DNA of 64,000 nucleotides from Candidatus Levyibacteriota bacterium (GTDB lineage Bacteria > Patescibacteriota > Microgenomatia > Levybacterales > UBA12049), in contig OY970292.1 of assembly GCA_963716145.1 (NCBI GenBank), positions 12,104-76,103 on the forward strand. The letters are read 5' to 3'. Below, in pieces: positions 8,456-17,735 of this stretch. Both the position numbers and the translations under genes were made by a program. The notes below the pieces were generated by a model that was not told the origin of the DNA, searched no databases, and saw only the letters and a list, made by a program, of their open reading frames with translations. Positions within the stretch are counted from its first letter, which is position 1. The number at the start of each line of letters is the position of its first letter.

Positions 8456-8908
8456 TTATTTTACTAGCTCCTCATTAACAATCCTACTGACCGTTCCTCC
8501 GTCTGCTTTGCCTTTTGTCGCCGGCATAAGAGTGCCCATCACTTTTCCCATGTCAGCCGGAGATGAAGCTCCTGTTTGAGATATCGCATCTATAACAAGT
8601 TTCCTTATTTCATCTTCTCCCATTTGCGCCGGTAAATACGCTTCGAGGATTTGAAGTTCTTTTTTCTCTTTATCTACCAATTCTGTGCGTCCCGCTGATT
8701 GAAATTGCTCGACTGAGTCTCTGTGTTGTTTGGCCTCTTTTTGGATTACTGACAAGACATCTTCCTCATTTGCATTGTAGCCAGCGCCGCCTTTTTGTAT
8801 CTCATAGTATCCGATTGCGGAAATCACCATACGCAGAACCGACGTCTTAGCTGAGTCTTTCGCAAGCATCGCTTGTTTTAGTTCATCCTGCAGTTGCTGT
8901 TTGGTCAT
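8456..8908 (-). CDS. GatB/YqeY domain protein
   Basis: MTKQQLQDELKQAMLAKDSAKTSVLRMV...ILEAYLP is the typical YqeY signature. The start was moved to the internal Met at 8908 (150 aa) rather than the ORF-track 8989. Confidence 0.7.
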   Translation of the reverse strand: MTKQQLQDELKQAMLAKDSAKTSVLRMVISAIGYYEIQKGGAGYNANEEDVLSVIQKEAKQHRDSVEQFQSAGRTELVDKEKKELQILEAYLPAQMGEDEIRKLVIDAISQTGASSPADMGKVMGTLMPATKGKADGGTVSRIVNEELVK

Positions 8909-8995
8909 ATGTGTAATTATATCACAACCAAATTCTGCTTTGCAGAACTTGACAGGAAAAATTTCAATAGCTATCATTATTTGAAGCACAATATA

Positions 8996-9397
8996 ATGAA
9001 AAAAATCCTTATTGTAGAAGATGATTTTTTTATAAGAGATGTTTATAGTCGTATTTTTTCAATATCAGGATTTGACGTACAAGTGGCGATTGATGGATTG
9101 GATGGATTAGAAAAGATAAAGGGCTCTCAGGTCTATGACATAATACTTCTTGATGCTATGATGCCCAAGATGTCCGGCATAGAGGTGCTGGGTGCATTAC
9201 GCTCACTGAATACTTCTGTGAAAGATACTCCGGTTTTTATAATTACCAATTTGGGACAACAACAGCTTATTGATGATGCATTTAAATTGGGTATGGACGG
9301 GTATATTATTAAATCCCAAGTAACTCCTCAACAATTGGTAGATGAGATAAATACCTTTCTGAAAGGCAAAGAAACAGAAAAAGCTAACGCACTATAA
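8996..9397 (+). CDS. Stand-alone response-regulator receiver (CheY-like) domain protein
   Basis: MKKILIVEDDFFIRDVY...ILLDAMMPKMSGIEVL...DGYIIK shows the Asp pocket and phospho-acceptor D. The start was set to the ATG at 8996 rather than the TTG at 8894. Confidence 0.75.
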   Translation: MKKILIVEDDFFIRDVYSRIFSISGFDVQVAIDGLDGLEKIKGSQVYDIILLDAMMPKMSGIEVLGALRSLNTSVKDTPVFIITNLGQQQLIDDAFKLGMDGYIIKSQVTPQQLVDEINTFLKGKETEKANAL

Positions 9398-10655
9398 TTG
9401 CTTCCCGCTCAGGTCCTGTTGAAATGTATTTAATACGGACTCCAATTTGCTTTTCTATTTCGGTAACATAATTCTTGGCGTTTTTTGGGAGCTCACTGTA
9501 TTCCTTAAGACCTCTTATCGGACTAAGCCACCCCGGAAGAGTCTTGTAGACTGGTTTTATTTTTCCTAAAAATGCACTATCACCATCATAGTAGTGTACT
9601 TTTTTGCCATTTAATTCATAGCCTGTGCATATTTTAATTTCAGAAAATTTATCCAAAACATCAAGTTTAGTGAACGCGATTTCTGTAAATCCATTTATTT
9701 CTGAAGCAAATCGTAACAGTTCCGCGTCAAACCAGCCGCAGCGCCTGGGGCGCCCCGTTGTAGCACCAAATTCAGCTCCTTCGATCTGTAGTTTTTTACC
9801 GGTTTCATCGAGTAATTCCGTGGGAAAAGGCCCTGCCCCAACGCGTGTAGTGTACGCCTTGGCAATCCCAATTGACTGCTTTATTTTTTGCGCTGAGACA
9901 CCAGCTCCGGCATTTATTCCGCCAGGAAGGACAGTAGACGCGGTTACAAATGGATATGTACCCCAATCATTATCCAGAAAAGTACCCTGGACTCCGACAA
10001 ATAATACTTTTTTATCTTGATTTACTGCATTCTGCAGAATAGGATACAGTTCTTTTATGAAAGGTGCGATTTTTTCGCGCATCGCAAAAAAATCTTTTTC
10101 AATGTCTTTTTGCGAGAGAGCTTTCCCGCCAAAAGACTCAATAATTTTATTTTTGAGAGTAAGCTGAATAGCAAGTTTTTCTGAAAACTGGTTTTTTTCC
10201 AGAAGATCAAAAATCCTGATTCCTTGGTAGCTTACCTTGTCAGCATAAACAGGACCAATTCCCCGTCCGGTTGTGCCTGTTTTTGCTTTGCCTTTTGCGT
10301 CTTCATATAACTTTTCAAGAATTTTATGATAGGGAAGAATCAGATGGCATCTGGGGGAGACGTACAAACGATTTTCCAATGTTAATCCTGCTTTTGACAA
10401 ATCATCAATTTCTTTAAGAAGTACTTCTAAATCAATAACTACCCCGTTTGCGATACAAGCCTTTGAATTTTCTGCAAAAACACCAGAGGGGATTAGGTGA
10501 AGTGGAAATTTTCCGTATTTATTTATGACTGTATTTCCCGCGTTATTTCCTCCATTATAGCGTATGACAAAATCTGAGGATTCGGAAAGAGCATCAATAA
10601 TCTTTCCTTTTCCTTCATCTCCCCATTGCGCGCCATTGACAATAGATATGGGCAT
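9384..10655 (-). CDS. purA: Adenylosuccinate synthetase
   Basis: QWGDEGKGKIID P-loop, GIGPVYADK and TTGRPRRCGWFD motifs. 423 aa. Confidence 0.9.
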   Translation of the reverse strand: MPISIVNGAQWGDEGKGKIIDALSESSDFVIRYNGGNNAGNTVINKYGKFPLHLIPSGVFAENSKACIANGVVIDLEVLLKEIDDLSKAGLTLENRLYVSPRCHLILPYHKILEKLYEDAKGKAKTGTTGRGIGPVYADKVSYQGIRIFDLLEKNQFSEKLAIQLTLKNKIIESFGGKALSQKDIEKDFFAMREKIAPFIKELYPILQNAVNQDKKVLFVGVQGTFLDNDWGTYPFVTASTVLPGGINAGAGVSAQKIKQSIGIAKAYTTRVGAGPFPTELLDETGKKLQIEGAEFGATTGRPRRCGWFDAELLRFASEINGFTEIAFTKLDVLDKFSEIKICTGYELNGKKVHYYDGDSAFLGKIKPVYKTLPGWLSPIRGLKEYSELPKNAKNYVTEIEKQIGVRIKYISTGPEREAIIVR

Positions 10656-10758
10656 TTACAAAGAAAGTTTAACTCAGTTGAGCTTTATTTGCAAGAAGAA
10701 AGTTAAGTGATTATCCTTATTTTCAGGTTTATTATCAATCTGATATACTTAGTTTCAA

Positions 10759-11943
10759 ATGAAAACAAAACTTAAAGAACTAATGTTTTTGCATTTTCTA
10801 AACGATGGGCTTCGTACTACTGTTATTGTTTTGTTGCCTTTTATAGCCAGAGATTTATCATTGTCTCTTGGTCAAGTTGGCTTTCTTGGATCTTCTCAAC
10901 CGTTATTGGCGGCTCTGTTTGCTTTGCCTTCAGGATATATAACGGGAAAGTTTGGCGGATTTAAGATTATCTTTACACTTCTTTTTGTTTACTCGTTGGG
11001 TATTTTGGGCGCAGCTTTTTCCACAAATGAAATTATGCTTTTTGGAATGTATCTTTTTACCGCAATTGGATTCAGTATGTTCCATCCCGTCGGTTTTACC
11101 TTGACAGCAAAAGCATCGGAACAGGATAAGGTGGGACGCAATATGGGAGACTTTACGGCAATAGGAGAAATTGGGCGGGTGGCTCTTCCTCCAATGGCAC
11201 TATTTATTGCAGCTGCTGCGGGATGGAGAATTACTCTCATAATAGCAGCTGTTATAGGTTTTTCAGTTTTTTTTGTTTTTCTCATCAACCTGCTTAAAAA
11301 AAAGGTTAATGACTCGCAAGATCTCACAAGTAAATTACCGACTCGCAGGCAATTTATAAAAGACATTTATTATCTTTTCAAAAATAAAAAAGCATTCTGC
11401 ATTACACTATCTGCTATATTTGATACTGCTGCCAGTAGTCCCCAACAAGTTTTTTTACCCTTCTTGCTTTTAGCCAAAGGTATCAGTCCGGCAAATCTTG
11501 CTATAGCAATGGGATGTTTTTTTGTTGGCAGTTTGCTAGGTAAATCTATTTTAGGACGCGGAGCGGATAGATTTGGAAATATTAAAATTTTCATTTTTTC
11601 AGAGTTTTGCATGGCCGCTACTCTCGTTATGCTGACACAAAGTTTCCCATTCATTTTATTGCTGCTTCTTTGTGGATTCTTAGGCGGATTTACCAAGGGA
11701 ACATCACCCGTTGTCCAGACGATGTTTACGGAGCTATCAGATAAAATCCATTACCACAAAGTGTTTGCTTTTAGTGAATTGGTAATCGCAATCTCAGCGG
11801 TTTTTTCCGTAAATCTTCTTGGTTATTATGCTGACCACACAGGAATTTCGACAGTGTTTTTTGCCGGAGCAGTCCTCGCGATTTGCGCTAGTTTGCCAAT
11901 ATTTATTTTTTCAAAAATAAAAACGGCTCAACACGTTTACTAG
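10759..11943 (+). CDS. MFS transporter
   Basis: About 12 TM helices in a 6+6 arrangement with a central loop, typical of MFS. Confidence 0.65.
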   Translation: MKTKLKELMFLHFLNDGLRTTVIVLLPFIARDLSLSLGQVGFLGSSQPLLAALFALPSGYITGKFGGFKIIFTLLFVYSLGILGAAFSTNEIMLFGMYLFTAIGFSMFHPVGFTLTAKASEQDKVGRNMGDFTAIGEIGRVALPPMALFIAAAAGWRITLIIAAVIGFSVFFVFLINLLKKKVNDSQDLTSKLPTRRQFIKDIYYLFKNKKAFCITLSAIFDTAASSPQQVFLPFLLLAKGISPANLAIAMGCFFVGSLLGKSILGRGADRFGNIKIFIFSEFCMAATLVMLTQSFPFILLLLLCGFLGGFTKGTSPVVQTMFTELSDKIHYHKVFAFSELVIAISAVFSVNLLGYYADHTGISTVFFAGAVLAICASLPIFIFSKIKTAQHVY

Positions 11944-12095
11944 CTATGAGAAAATGGATCCCCCTTGGGGATTGCGTAGAAATAATGGTTAGAACCCCAA
12001 AACTTTTTCTTTTGCTTCTTCTTCATTTTCAACAACCAACGCATTAATGTTGTTGGCTTTAAGTGCCGCGATTGTCGAGTAAGAAGCGCGTAAGG

Positions 12096-13460
12096 TTATA
12101 TAAAAAATGAAATAATAGTCGCGATACCGGTAAAGATCATCACTCCGGTAATAAACCATCCAAGAGTCGCGGTAAGAGGAGAATTAACTCTGTCTTTTAC
12201 CACCTTTTTATTACTGGTCATATGTACTATCAAAAACAATATAACCGGCGCGACCAAACCATTGGCGATAGCAGAATAGATAAGGAGTTTAATAGGGTTG
12301 ATACCAAGAAAATTAATATCCATCGCGATGATCATTGAGAAAATCATTACCCCATAAAATGGCCGGGCCTGATGGAGTTTTCTATATAAACCTGATTTCC
12401 ATTTAAAACTTTCTGCCATTGTATAGGCAGCAGAAGCAGCAAGTACTGGAACAGCCAAAAGCCCCATGCCGATAATTCCGGCTGCAAATAATAGAAATGC
12501 ATATTTTCCGGCAAGCGGTTTTAGTGCCGCCGCCGCATCAGCCGCTGATTCTATGTTGTGCACGCCATTTGAAAAAAGCACCGCGGCGCAAGTCGCAATT
12601 ATAGAATACATTACGAGATTTGACACAAACATTCCTGTCCAAACATCAACTCTCATTTTTTTCACCTCTTTATCAGTGGTTCCTTGTCTCAACCTTATCG
12701 AAGTTTTGCCATGAAGTACTTCTTCCTCAACCTCGTGAGAAGTTTGCCAGAAGAAAAGGTAAGGTGAAATAGTGGTACCCAAAATAGCAGTTATTAGGAA
12801 GAGTTGATCTTTTGAAAATGTGATTGAAGGAACAAAAGTGTGAAAAATCAACTGACCAGCGTTTAATTTTACGATGAAAGCGGTTACTACATAAGAAGCA
12901 AGTACCAACACGAGGTATTTTAAGTATTTTACATATCTTTCATAGGGGGTGAAGATCTGTAAGAATAAGCAAAAGAATGTAAATCCGGCAACAAGGACGG
13001 CAAAATTTAGATCAGGGGACAAAAGTTGAGCAGCTTTACTCATAGCTCCTATATCGGCTGCTATGTTAAGTGTATTGGCTGTGAAAAGCAGAATCGCGCA
13101 GGAGTAGAGAACCCATCTCGGATAATTGATACGTATATTTCCTGCTAGGCCCCGACCTGTTGTCAGTCCAATTCTTGCACACATTTCCTGAACTACTGCC
13201 ATAAGAGGTAGTGTAAAAATAGATAGCCATAGAAGCTGATAGCCGTATTTCGCGCCGACTTGTGAGTATGTGGCAATTCCGGAAGGGTCATCATCAGCGG
13301 CTCCTGTTATGAGTCCCGGGCCCAGATTGGCCCAGAAACCTCGTGCTTTTTTCATACGGGTGATAGAAACGGTTTCTTTCCCGAACTTTCTTGTAGCTTC
13401 TATACCTTTTTCCAGTGCAATTGATGGGGCAGCAGCGAGTTCTTCAAATTTCTTGTCCAT
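12096..13460 (-). CDS. mntH: NRAMP-family divalent metal (Mn2+/Fe2+) transporter
   Basis: GPGLITGAADDDPSGIATYSQ is the Nramp signature. 11-12 TM helices. Confidence 0.8.
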   Translation of the reverse strand: MDKKFEELAAAPSIALEKGIEATRKFGKETVSITRMKKARGFWANLGPGLITGAADDDPSGIATYSQVGAKYGYQLLWLSIFTLPLMAVVQEMCARIGLTTGRGLAGNIRINYPRWVLYSCAILLFTANTLNIAADIGAMSKAAQLLSPDLNFAVLVAGFTFFCLFLQIFTPYERYVKYLKYLVLVLASYVVTAFIVKLNAGQLIFHTFVPSITFSKDQLFLITAILGTTISPYLFFWQTSHEVEEEVLHGKTSIRLRQGTTDKEVKKMRVDVWTGMFVSNLVMYSIIATCAAVLFSNGVHNIESAADAAAALKPLAGKYAFLLFAAGIIGMGLLAVPVLAASAAYTMAESFKWKSGLYRKLHQARPFYGVMIFSMIIAMDINFLGINPIKLLIYSAIANGLVAPVILFLIVHMTSNKKVVKDRVNSPLTATLGWFITGVMIFTGIATIISFFI

Positions 13461-13617
13461 ATAATAATTAAGACGAATTTTGAAGAATTTAGCAAGAGTT
13501 TTGTTGTTTTAATTTTGAGGCGGAAGCAGTAAAAATAATGTTGATAAACTGGACGGATCAGATCACGATGGACAAGTCTGCGAAACATTGCCGTGAGTTT
13601 TAAATATGGGCGAAAAA

Positions 13618-13866
13618 TTAGGCTTTTCTAATAAGGGCCTCGTCTTGTCTGTTTTGAGCAGCCCGAATTATTCCCCTAGCCTGCCCTGGTGTTTTGATAG
13701 TTTCAATCAACCTCTCTGCATGGGCTGCTGCTTCCTCGGGAGAAGTGCCAGATGAAACATTGTCGCTGGCTATTGATCGTACCGCATTAACCACTCTGGG
13801 ATGAGTTCTAAGCCAAGTGGGGTTTACACGAACACGTATTGATTCGAATTCAGCTCTTTCTACCAT
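13618..13866 (-). CDS. Hypothetical GC-rich small protein
   Basis: ORF only. Its composition differs from the neighbours. It lies upstream of mntH on the same strand. Confidence 0.25.
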   Translation of the reverse strand: MVERAEFESIRVRVNPTWLRTHPRVVNAVRSIASDNVSSGTSPEEAAAHAERLIETIKTPGQARGIIRAAQNRQDEALIRKA

Positions 13867-13965
13867 AAATATAAATAAACTTCCGAAAATAAGAAGTCTT
13901 ATAGTACTTTACCATAATTTAATCTTCTTGTCAAGTTATGTGGGTAAATGGTATGATACAGACGT

Positions 13966-14001
13966 AATTTTCAATTTGAAATTTGAAATTTTCAATGAAT
14001 C
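13966..14001. repeat. Heptamer-periodic palindromic repeat in the aspS 5' leader
   Basis: The sequence is aattttcaatttgaaatttgaaattttcaatgaatc. It is preceded by TTGTCA-N18-TATGAT promoter-like boxes at about 13928-13957. Confidence 0.45.
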
Positions 14002-14029
14002 TTAAAGTTAAATCAAGAATTAAAATATT

Positions 14030-15448
14030 ATGAAAGATAAGAAAAGAACTCTAGCAAAAGATACCCCAAAAGAAGTCGGTAAAGAAATTAAGATTCAGGG
14101 TTTTGTTCAGGCACGCCGTGACCACGGAAAACTAATCTTCATAGATCTTCGGGACTGTTCCGGTTTGGTTCAAGTTGTGTTTAATCCCCGGGTTTCTGAA
14201 AAAGCACATAAAGCGGCAAGTACCCTCAGTACTGAGTCGGCAGTTTCAATTACAGGTTTGGTCAAGCCCCGCCCTGAAAAATTGATTAATCCCAAGCTGG
14301 CAAGCGGAACTGTCGAGATAGAAGCAACAGATGTTGAGATTTTGGCAATAGCTGATACTCTACCATTTGATATGGGGACAGATGTACTGAATCTGGAACT
14401 CCCGACTCTTTTGGATCATAGATCTTTGACGCTGAGACACGAAAGCGTCCAAAAAATATTTATAGTGCAAGCAGCATTGATTGAAGAATTCCGAAAAGCC
14501 GCTCAGGAGTTGGAGTGCATTGAGGTAGTTGTTCCTACAATCGCGGCTGGAGCGACTGAAGGCGGATCTGAAGTTTTCAAGATTGACTATTTTGATCATA
14601 AAGCATTTCTTACTCAAAGTCCTCAACTCTATAAGCAAATTATGGTAAGTGTTTTTGAGCGTGTTTTTGTAATTACCAAAGCTTATAGAGCCGAGCCTTC
14701 AGTTACCACCCGCCACTTGACCGAAGCAACGCAAATGGATGTTGAAATGGCTTTTATAGAGAGTTTTGATGAACTGCTTGACGCATTGGAGTTTGTAGGA
14801 ACCGCAATGATCAAAAACGTTGCCGGAAAATATGAAAGTATTTTGAAGGATTTTAAAATTGATCAACCATTAGTTCCAACTAAAGTACCGCGCCTCACAC
14901 TTAAAGAAGCGCAAAAAATAATAACAGACCGGACGGGGCGTGATCTTTCAAAAGAGCTTGATCTAAATCCTGAAGATGAACGGGAGATATGTGCTTGGGC
15001 CATAGAAAAACATCAGTCTGATTTTGTCACAATCACTCATTTTCCGACAAAAAAGCGTGCTTTTTACAGCATGCCGGATCCCAAAAATCCCGAATACAGT
15101 CTGACTTATGATTTATTGTTTAGGGGGCTTGAGATGATGAGTGGGGCTCAGCGCATTAACGACTATGAACAACTGATAAAAGCAATGAAAGCAAAAGACG
15201 TAGATCCTGCGAATTTTGGGATGTACATGCAGGCATTTAAATACGGTATGCCTCCTGAAGGAGGGTTTTCATTTGGGCTGGAAAGACTTACAATGAAATT
15301 ACTGGGCTTGGAAAACGTACGGGAAGCATCACTTTTTCCAAGAGATATGGAGCGCATTGATGAAAGATTCTCAAAATCAACAGAAAAAGACCCTTCGATT
15401 GGCTCAGGGCAAGAGAAGGTTCTTCAAAAGGGCAAGAATAAAGAATAA
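14030..15448 (+). CDS. aspS: Aspartate--tRNA ligase, archaeal/eukaryal type (class IIb)
   Basis: N-terminal OB fold (IKIQGFVQARRDHGKLIFIDLRD). Motif 2 is AYRAEPSVTTRHLTEATQMDVEMAF. Motif 3 is GGFSFGLERL. 472 aa with a short Lys-rich C-terminal tail. Confidence 0.75.
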   Translation: MKDKKRTLAKDTPKEVGKEIKIQGFVQARRDHGKLIFIDLRDCSGLVQVVFNPRVSEKAHKAASTLSTESAVSITGLVKPRPEKLINPKLASGTVEIEATDVEILAIADTLPFDMGTDVLNLELPTLLDHRSLTLRHESVQKIFIVQAALIEEFRKAAQELECIEVVVPTIAAGATEGGSEVFKIDYFDHKAFLTQSPQLYKQIMVSVFERVFVITKAYRAEPSVTTRHLTEATQMDVEMAFIESFDELLDALEFVGTAMIKNVAGKYESILKDFKIDQPLVPTKVPRLTLKEAQKIITDRTGRDLSKELDLNPEDEREICAWAIEKHQSDFVTITHFPTKKRAFYSMPDPKNPEYSLTYDLLFRGLEMMSGAQRINDYEQLIKAMKAKDVDPANFGMYMQAFKYGMPPEGGFSFGLERLTMKLLGLENVREASLFPRDMERIDERFSKSTEKDPSIGSGQEKVLQKGKNKE

Positions 15449-16430
15449 AGAATTAAGAATTAAGGAGAAAAAAACCTTACCTCTTAATTCTAACGTCTTG
15501 CTTCTAAGAAAACACGAATCAAATTTAATATTTATCCTTATTCCTCTAATTCTGCTGATTATACTTTATGCAGTATATTTATTTAATTCGAGTGTTTCCC
15601 TGAGTATTCAAAAAAACAAACTTATTGCATCAACTGATACGGCTTTTACGCCTTATCCTATTGTCCTGAATTCATATCAACCGATTTTGTCTTCAAAAGC
15701 TGCAATTGTAACCGACGCTGACTCCCAGACAATTCTTTTTTCCAAGAATCCTGCTTTGCGGTTTTCAATGGCATCAACCGCCAAGATCATGACCGCATTA
15801 ACGGCACTTGATTATTATCAACCTGATTCGATTATTACTATAAAATCAGGTTTTGTGGAGGGATCAGGTCTCAATTTGCAAGTCGGGGATAGATTTTATT
15901 TTCCGGATCTTCTTTACGCCATGCTTCTTCCCTCAGCCAATGATGCAGCAGCAGCAATTGCGGACAATTATCCGGGAGGGAAAGAAGAATTTGTCGCAAA
16001 AATGAATGAAAAGGCGCAAGTCTTACATCTTACAGATACGCATTTCTCAGATCCTGTGGGAATTGATGACGATGGAAACTACTCAACAGTTGTTGATTTG
16101 GCGAGACTTTCGTCCTCCGCAATGAAAAATAAGATATTCGCACAGATTGTCGCGACCAAGCAAAAAACTATAAATAATGTTGACAGCGCTCATCCTTATA
16201 TTCTTTTTAATCTTAATAAGCTTTTGGGTATTCAGGGAGTAAATGGTATAAAAACAGGAACTACAGAAGGCGCCGGAGAGGTTCTTGTCACCTCAGCAAT
16301 TGTGAATAATCATACTTTTATAATTGTGGTGATGAATAGTCAGGATAGGTTTGGAGATACTAGTCTGCTTCTTGATTTCATTGCTAACAATATAGAGTTT
16401 GTTAATCCCCCATCGCTTGAAAATTTTTAA
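15357..16430 (+). CDS. dacA: D-alanyl-D-alanine carboxypeptidase (S11, PBP5-like serine hydrolase). The true start is probably downstream of 15357.
   Basis: SxxK (ASTAK), SxN (PSANDAA) and KTG (IKTGTT) motifs. N-terminal TM anchor. The ORF-track start overlaps aspS by 92 nt, so the start is uncertain. Confidence 0.65.
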   Translation: MMKDSQNQQKKTLRLAQGKRRFFKRARIKNKELRIKEKKTLPLNSNVLLLRKHESNLIFILIPLILLIILYAVYLFNSSVSLSIQKNKLIASTDTAFTPYPIVLNSYQPILSSKAAIVTDADSQTILFSKNPALRFSMASTAKIMTALTALDYYQPDSIITIKSGFVEGSGLNLQVGDRFYFPDLLYAMLLPSANDAAAAIADNYPGGKEEFVAKMNEKAQVLHLTDTHFSDPVGIDDDGNYSTVVDLARLSSSAMKNKIFAQIVATKQKTINNVDSAHPYILFNLNKLLGIQGVNGIKTGTTEGAGEVLVTSAIVNNHTFIIVVMNSQDRFGDTSLLLDFIANNIEFVNPPSLENF

Positions 16431-16464
16431 TTTTCAGTTCTCAATTTTCATTGAATTTTCAATG
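16418..16464. repeat. Heptamer-periodic AT-rich repeat array at a convergent gene junction
   Basis: The sequence is gaaaatttttaattttcagttctcaattttcattgaattttcaatg. It overlaps the dacA stop. Confidence 0.4.
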
Positions 16465-16510
16465 ACTAAATGTTTAAAAATTAAAACATTGTGATTTGAT
16501 TGAAAATTGT

Positions 16511-16547
16511 CCATTCGACAAGCTCAGGATCCTGAGTGTATCGAAGG
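16511..16547. repeat. Nested-hairpin repeat element (TTCGA-CTCAG-loop-CTGAG-TCGAA family), intergenic copy
   Basis: In ccaTTCGAcaagCTCAGgatcCTGAGtgtaTCGAAgg the inner and outer stems are perfect inverted repeats. It is homologous to the purU and DUF1801 leader elements. Its first 19 nt recur at 61185-61203. Confidence 0.5.
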
Positions 16548-16569
16548 AAAAATTTCAAATTGAAAATTA

Positions 16570-17697
16570 CTATCTTTTTATTGCGGATACATAAGCTATG
16601 AAGTTATTTTGTCCCTCGAAAACAATAATTGGCATGAGGTAATCTTGGTTTTCGCCCCCTAAATAATAAGCAAGATATACATTGTTGATAAGTATTTCCT
16701 TATCAGTCCCGACATAGGATGGAATATAAGCGTCCCCATTTTTTAATTCATCAAACGCAGCTTGCACTGTTTTTATCGGATAAGTTCCGGGAGAATCAGT
16801 TGAAATGTATCTGTGCACAAAGCTTGAAGCATCGACTTCAGCGTTATTTTGACCGGAAGCAATCCAAAAACTCATACTTGAGTAGGGCGGATGAGGATAA
16901 AGAACCGGAAGTTTCAACTTTACCTTGGCAGCTCCCTTTTTGCCGGTATCCAGATTATATTCAAGATCTTTTTGGTATAAATCAACTCTTATTACTTTAG
17001 CTGAGGAAAGACTTGTTGTCGGAATCAACGTGCCACTCCTAATAGCAAATAATTGCGGGTATGTATTGTAAGTGATATCTTTTGATGGGTTTTGGGTTTT
17101 GGTCAGATCAATATCAGTGGGAAGTAGTTCTATTGAAGATAGGAAATCTTGAACGGTTTGTATAGCATTATTTTCATCAGATAAATTTTCAGCACCCAAC
17201 ACGGTAAGAGATGACAAGTAGCTAGAGGATATTATGAAATCGAATGTAACGATATCAAATTGCAGCTTGCGGTTAATTCCGATTGGTTCATTCCATTCAT
17301 ATTTCCCGTTTCCAAGTGAAATTTCCGGAACTACTTTTCCCTGTTGATCGGCAAATCTTAGAGTTTCAGCTTTGGCCTTGGCTTTGTCAAGATTAAGAAG
17401 GTTAGGTGAATCCTTCACAAGAGGATAGATATTTAAACGGTCGGGAAATTGAGGAAGAGTACCCGAGATAGTATTGATGCTATAAGTAAAATTGTCGTTA
17501 ATTTCGCTTTGGGGAAACTGTAAAGAAGACAGTACGCCATATTTTTGATTTGGCGGAGTTATTTTAGGGGGCGCCACTATATTTTTAAACATAACGCTAA
17601 TTCGGAAAATCAGCACCACTACTATAATTAGCCCGATTCCAATACCGGCTCCAATGCCTAGTTTTTTAATCATCTCGGTTGCTTTATGTAAGGACAT
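16570..17697 (-). CDS. Hypothetical membrane-anchored (N-terminal TM) extracytoplasmic protein
   Basis: ORF with N-terminal GIGAGIGIGLIIVVVLIF TM. No recognised domain. Confidence 0.4.
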   Translation of the reverse strand: MSLHKATEMIKKLGIGAGIGIGLIIVVVLIFRISVMFKNIVAPPKITPPNQKYGVLSSLQFPQSEINDNFTYSINTISGTLPQFPDRLNIYPLVKDSPNLLNLDKAKAKAETLRFADQQGKVVPEISLGNGKYEWNEPIGINRKLQFDIVTFDFIISSSYLSSLTVLGAENLSDENNAIQTVQDFLSSIELLPTDIDLTKTQNPSKDITYNTYPQLFAIRSGTLIPTTSLSSAKVIRVDLYQKDLEYNLDTGKKGAAKVKLKLPVLYPHPPYSSMSFWIASGQNNAEVDASSFVHRYISTDSPGTYPIKTVQAAFDELKNGDAYIPSYVGTDKEILINNVYLAYYLGGENQDYLMPIIVFEGQNNFIAYVSAIKR

Positions 17698-17735
17698 ATA
17701 TTGAGTATAGGTAAATTATCAAGTACAATCAAGAC

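Noticed and set aside
13461-13620. Mn2+ (yybP-ykoY) riboswitch upstream of the Nramp/mntH gene
   Set aside because: I read the 160-nt upstream region on the coding strand and found none of the conserved yybP-ykoY helices or motifs, and no convincing structure.
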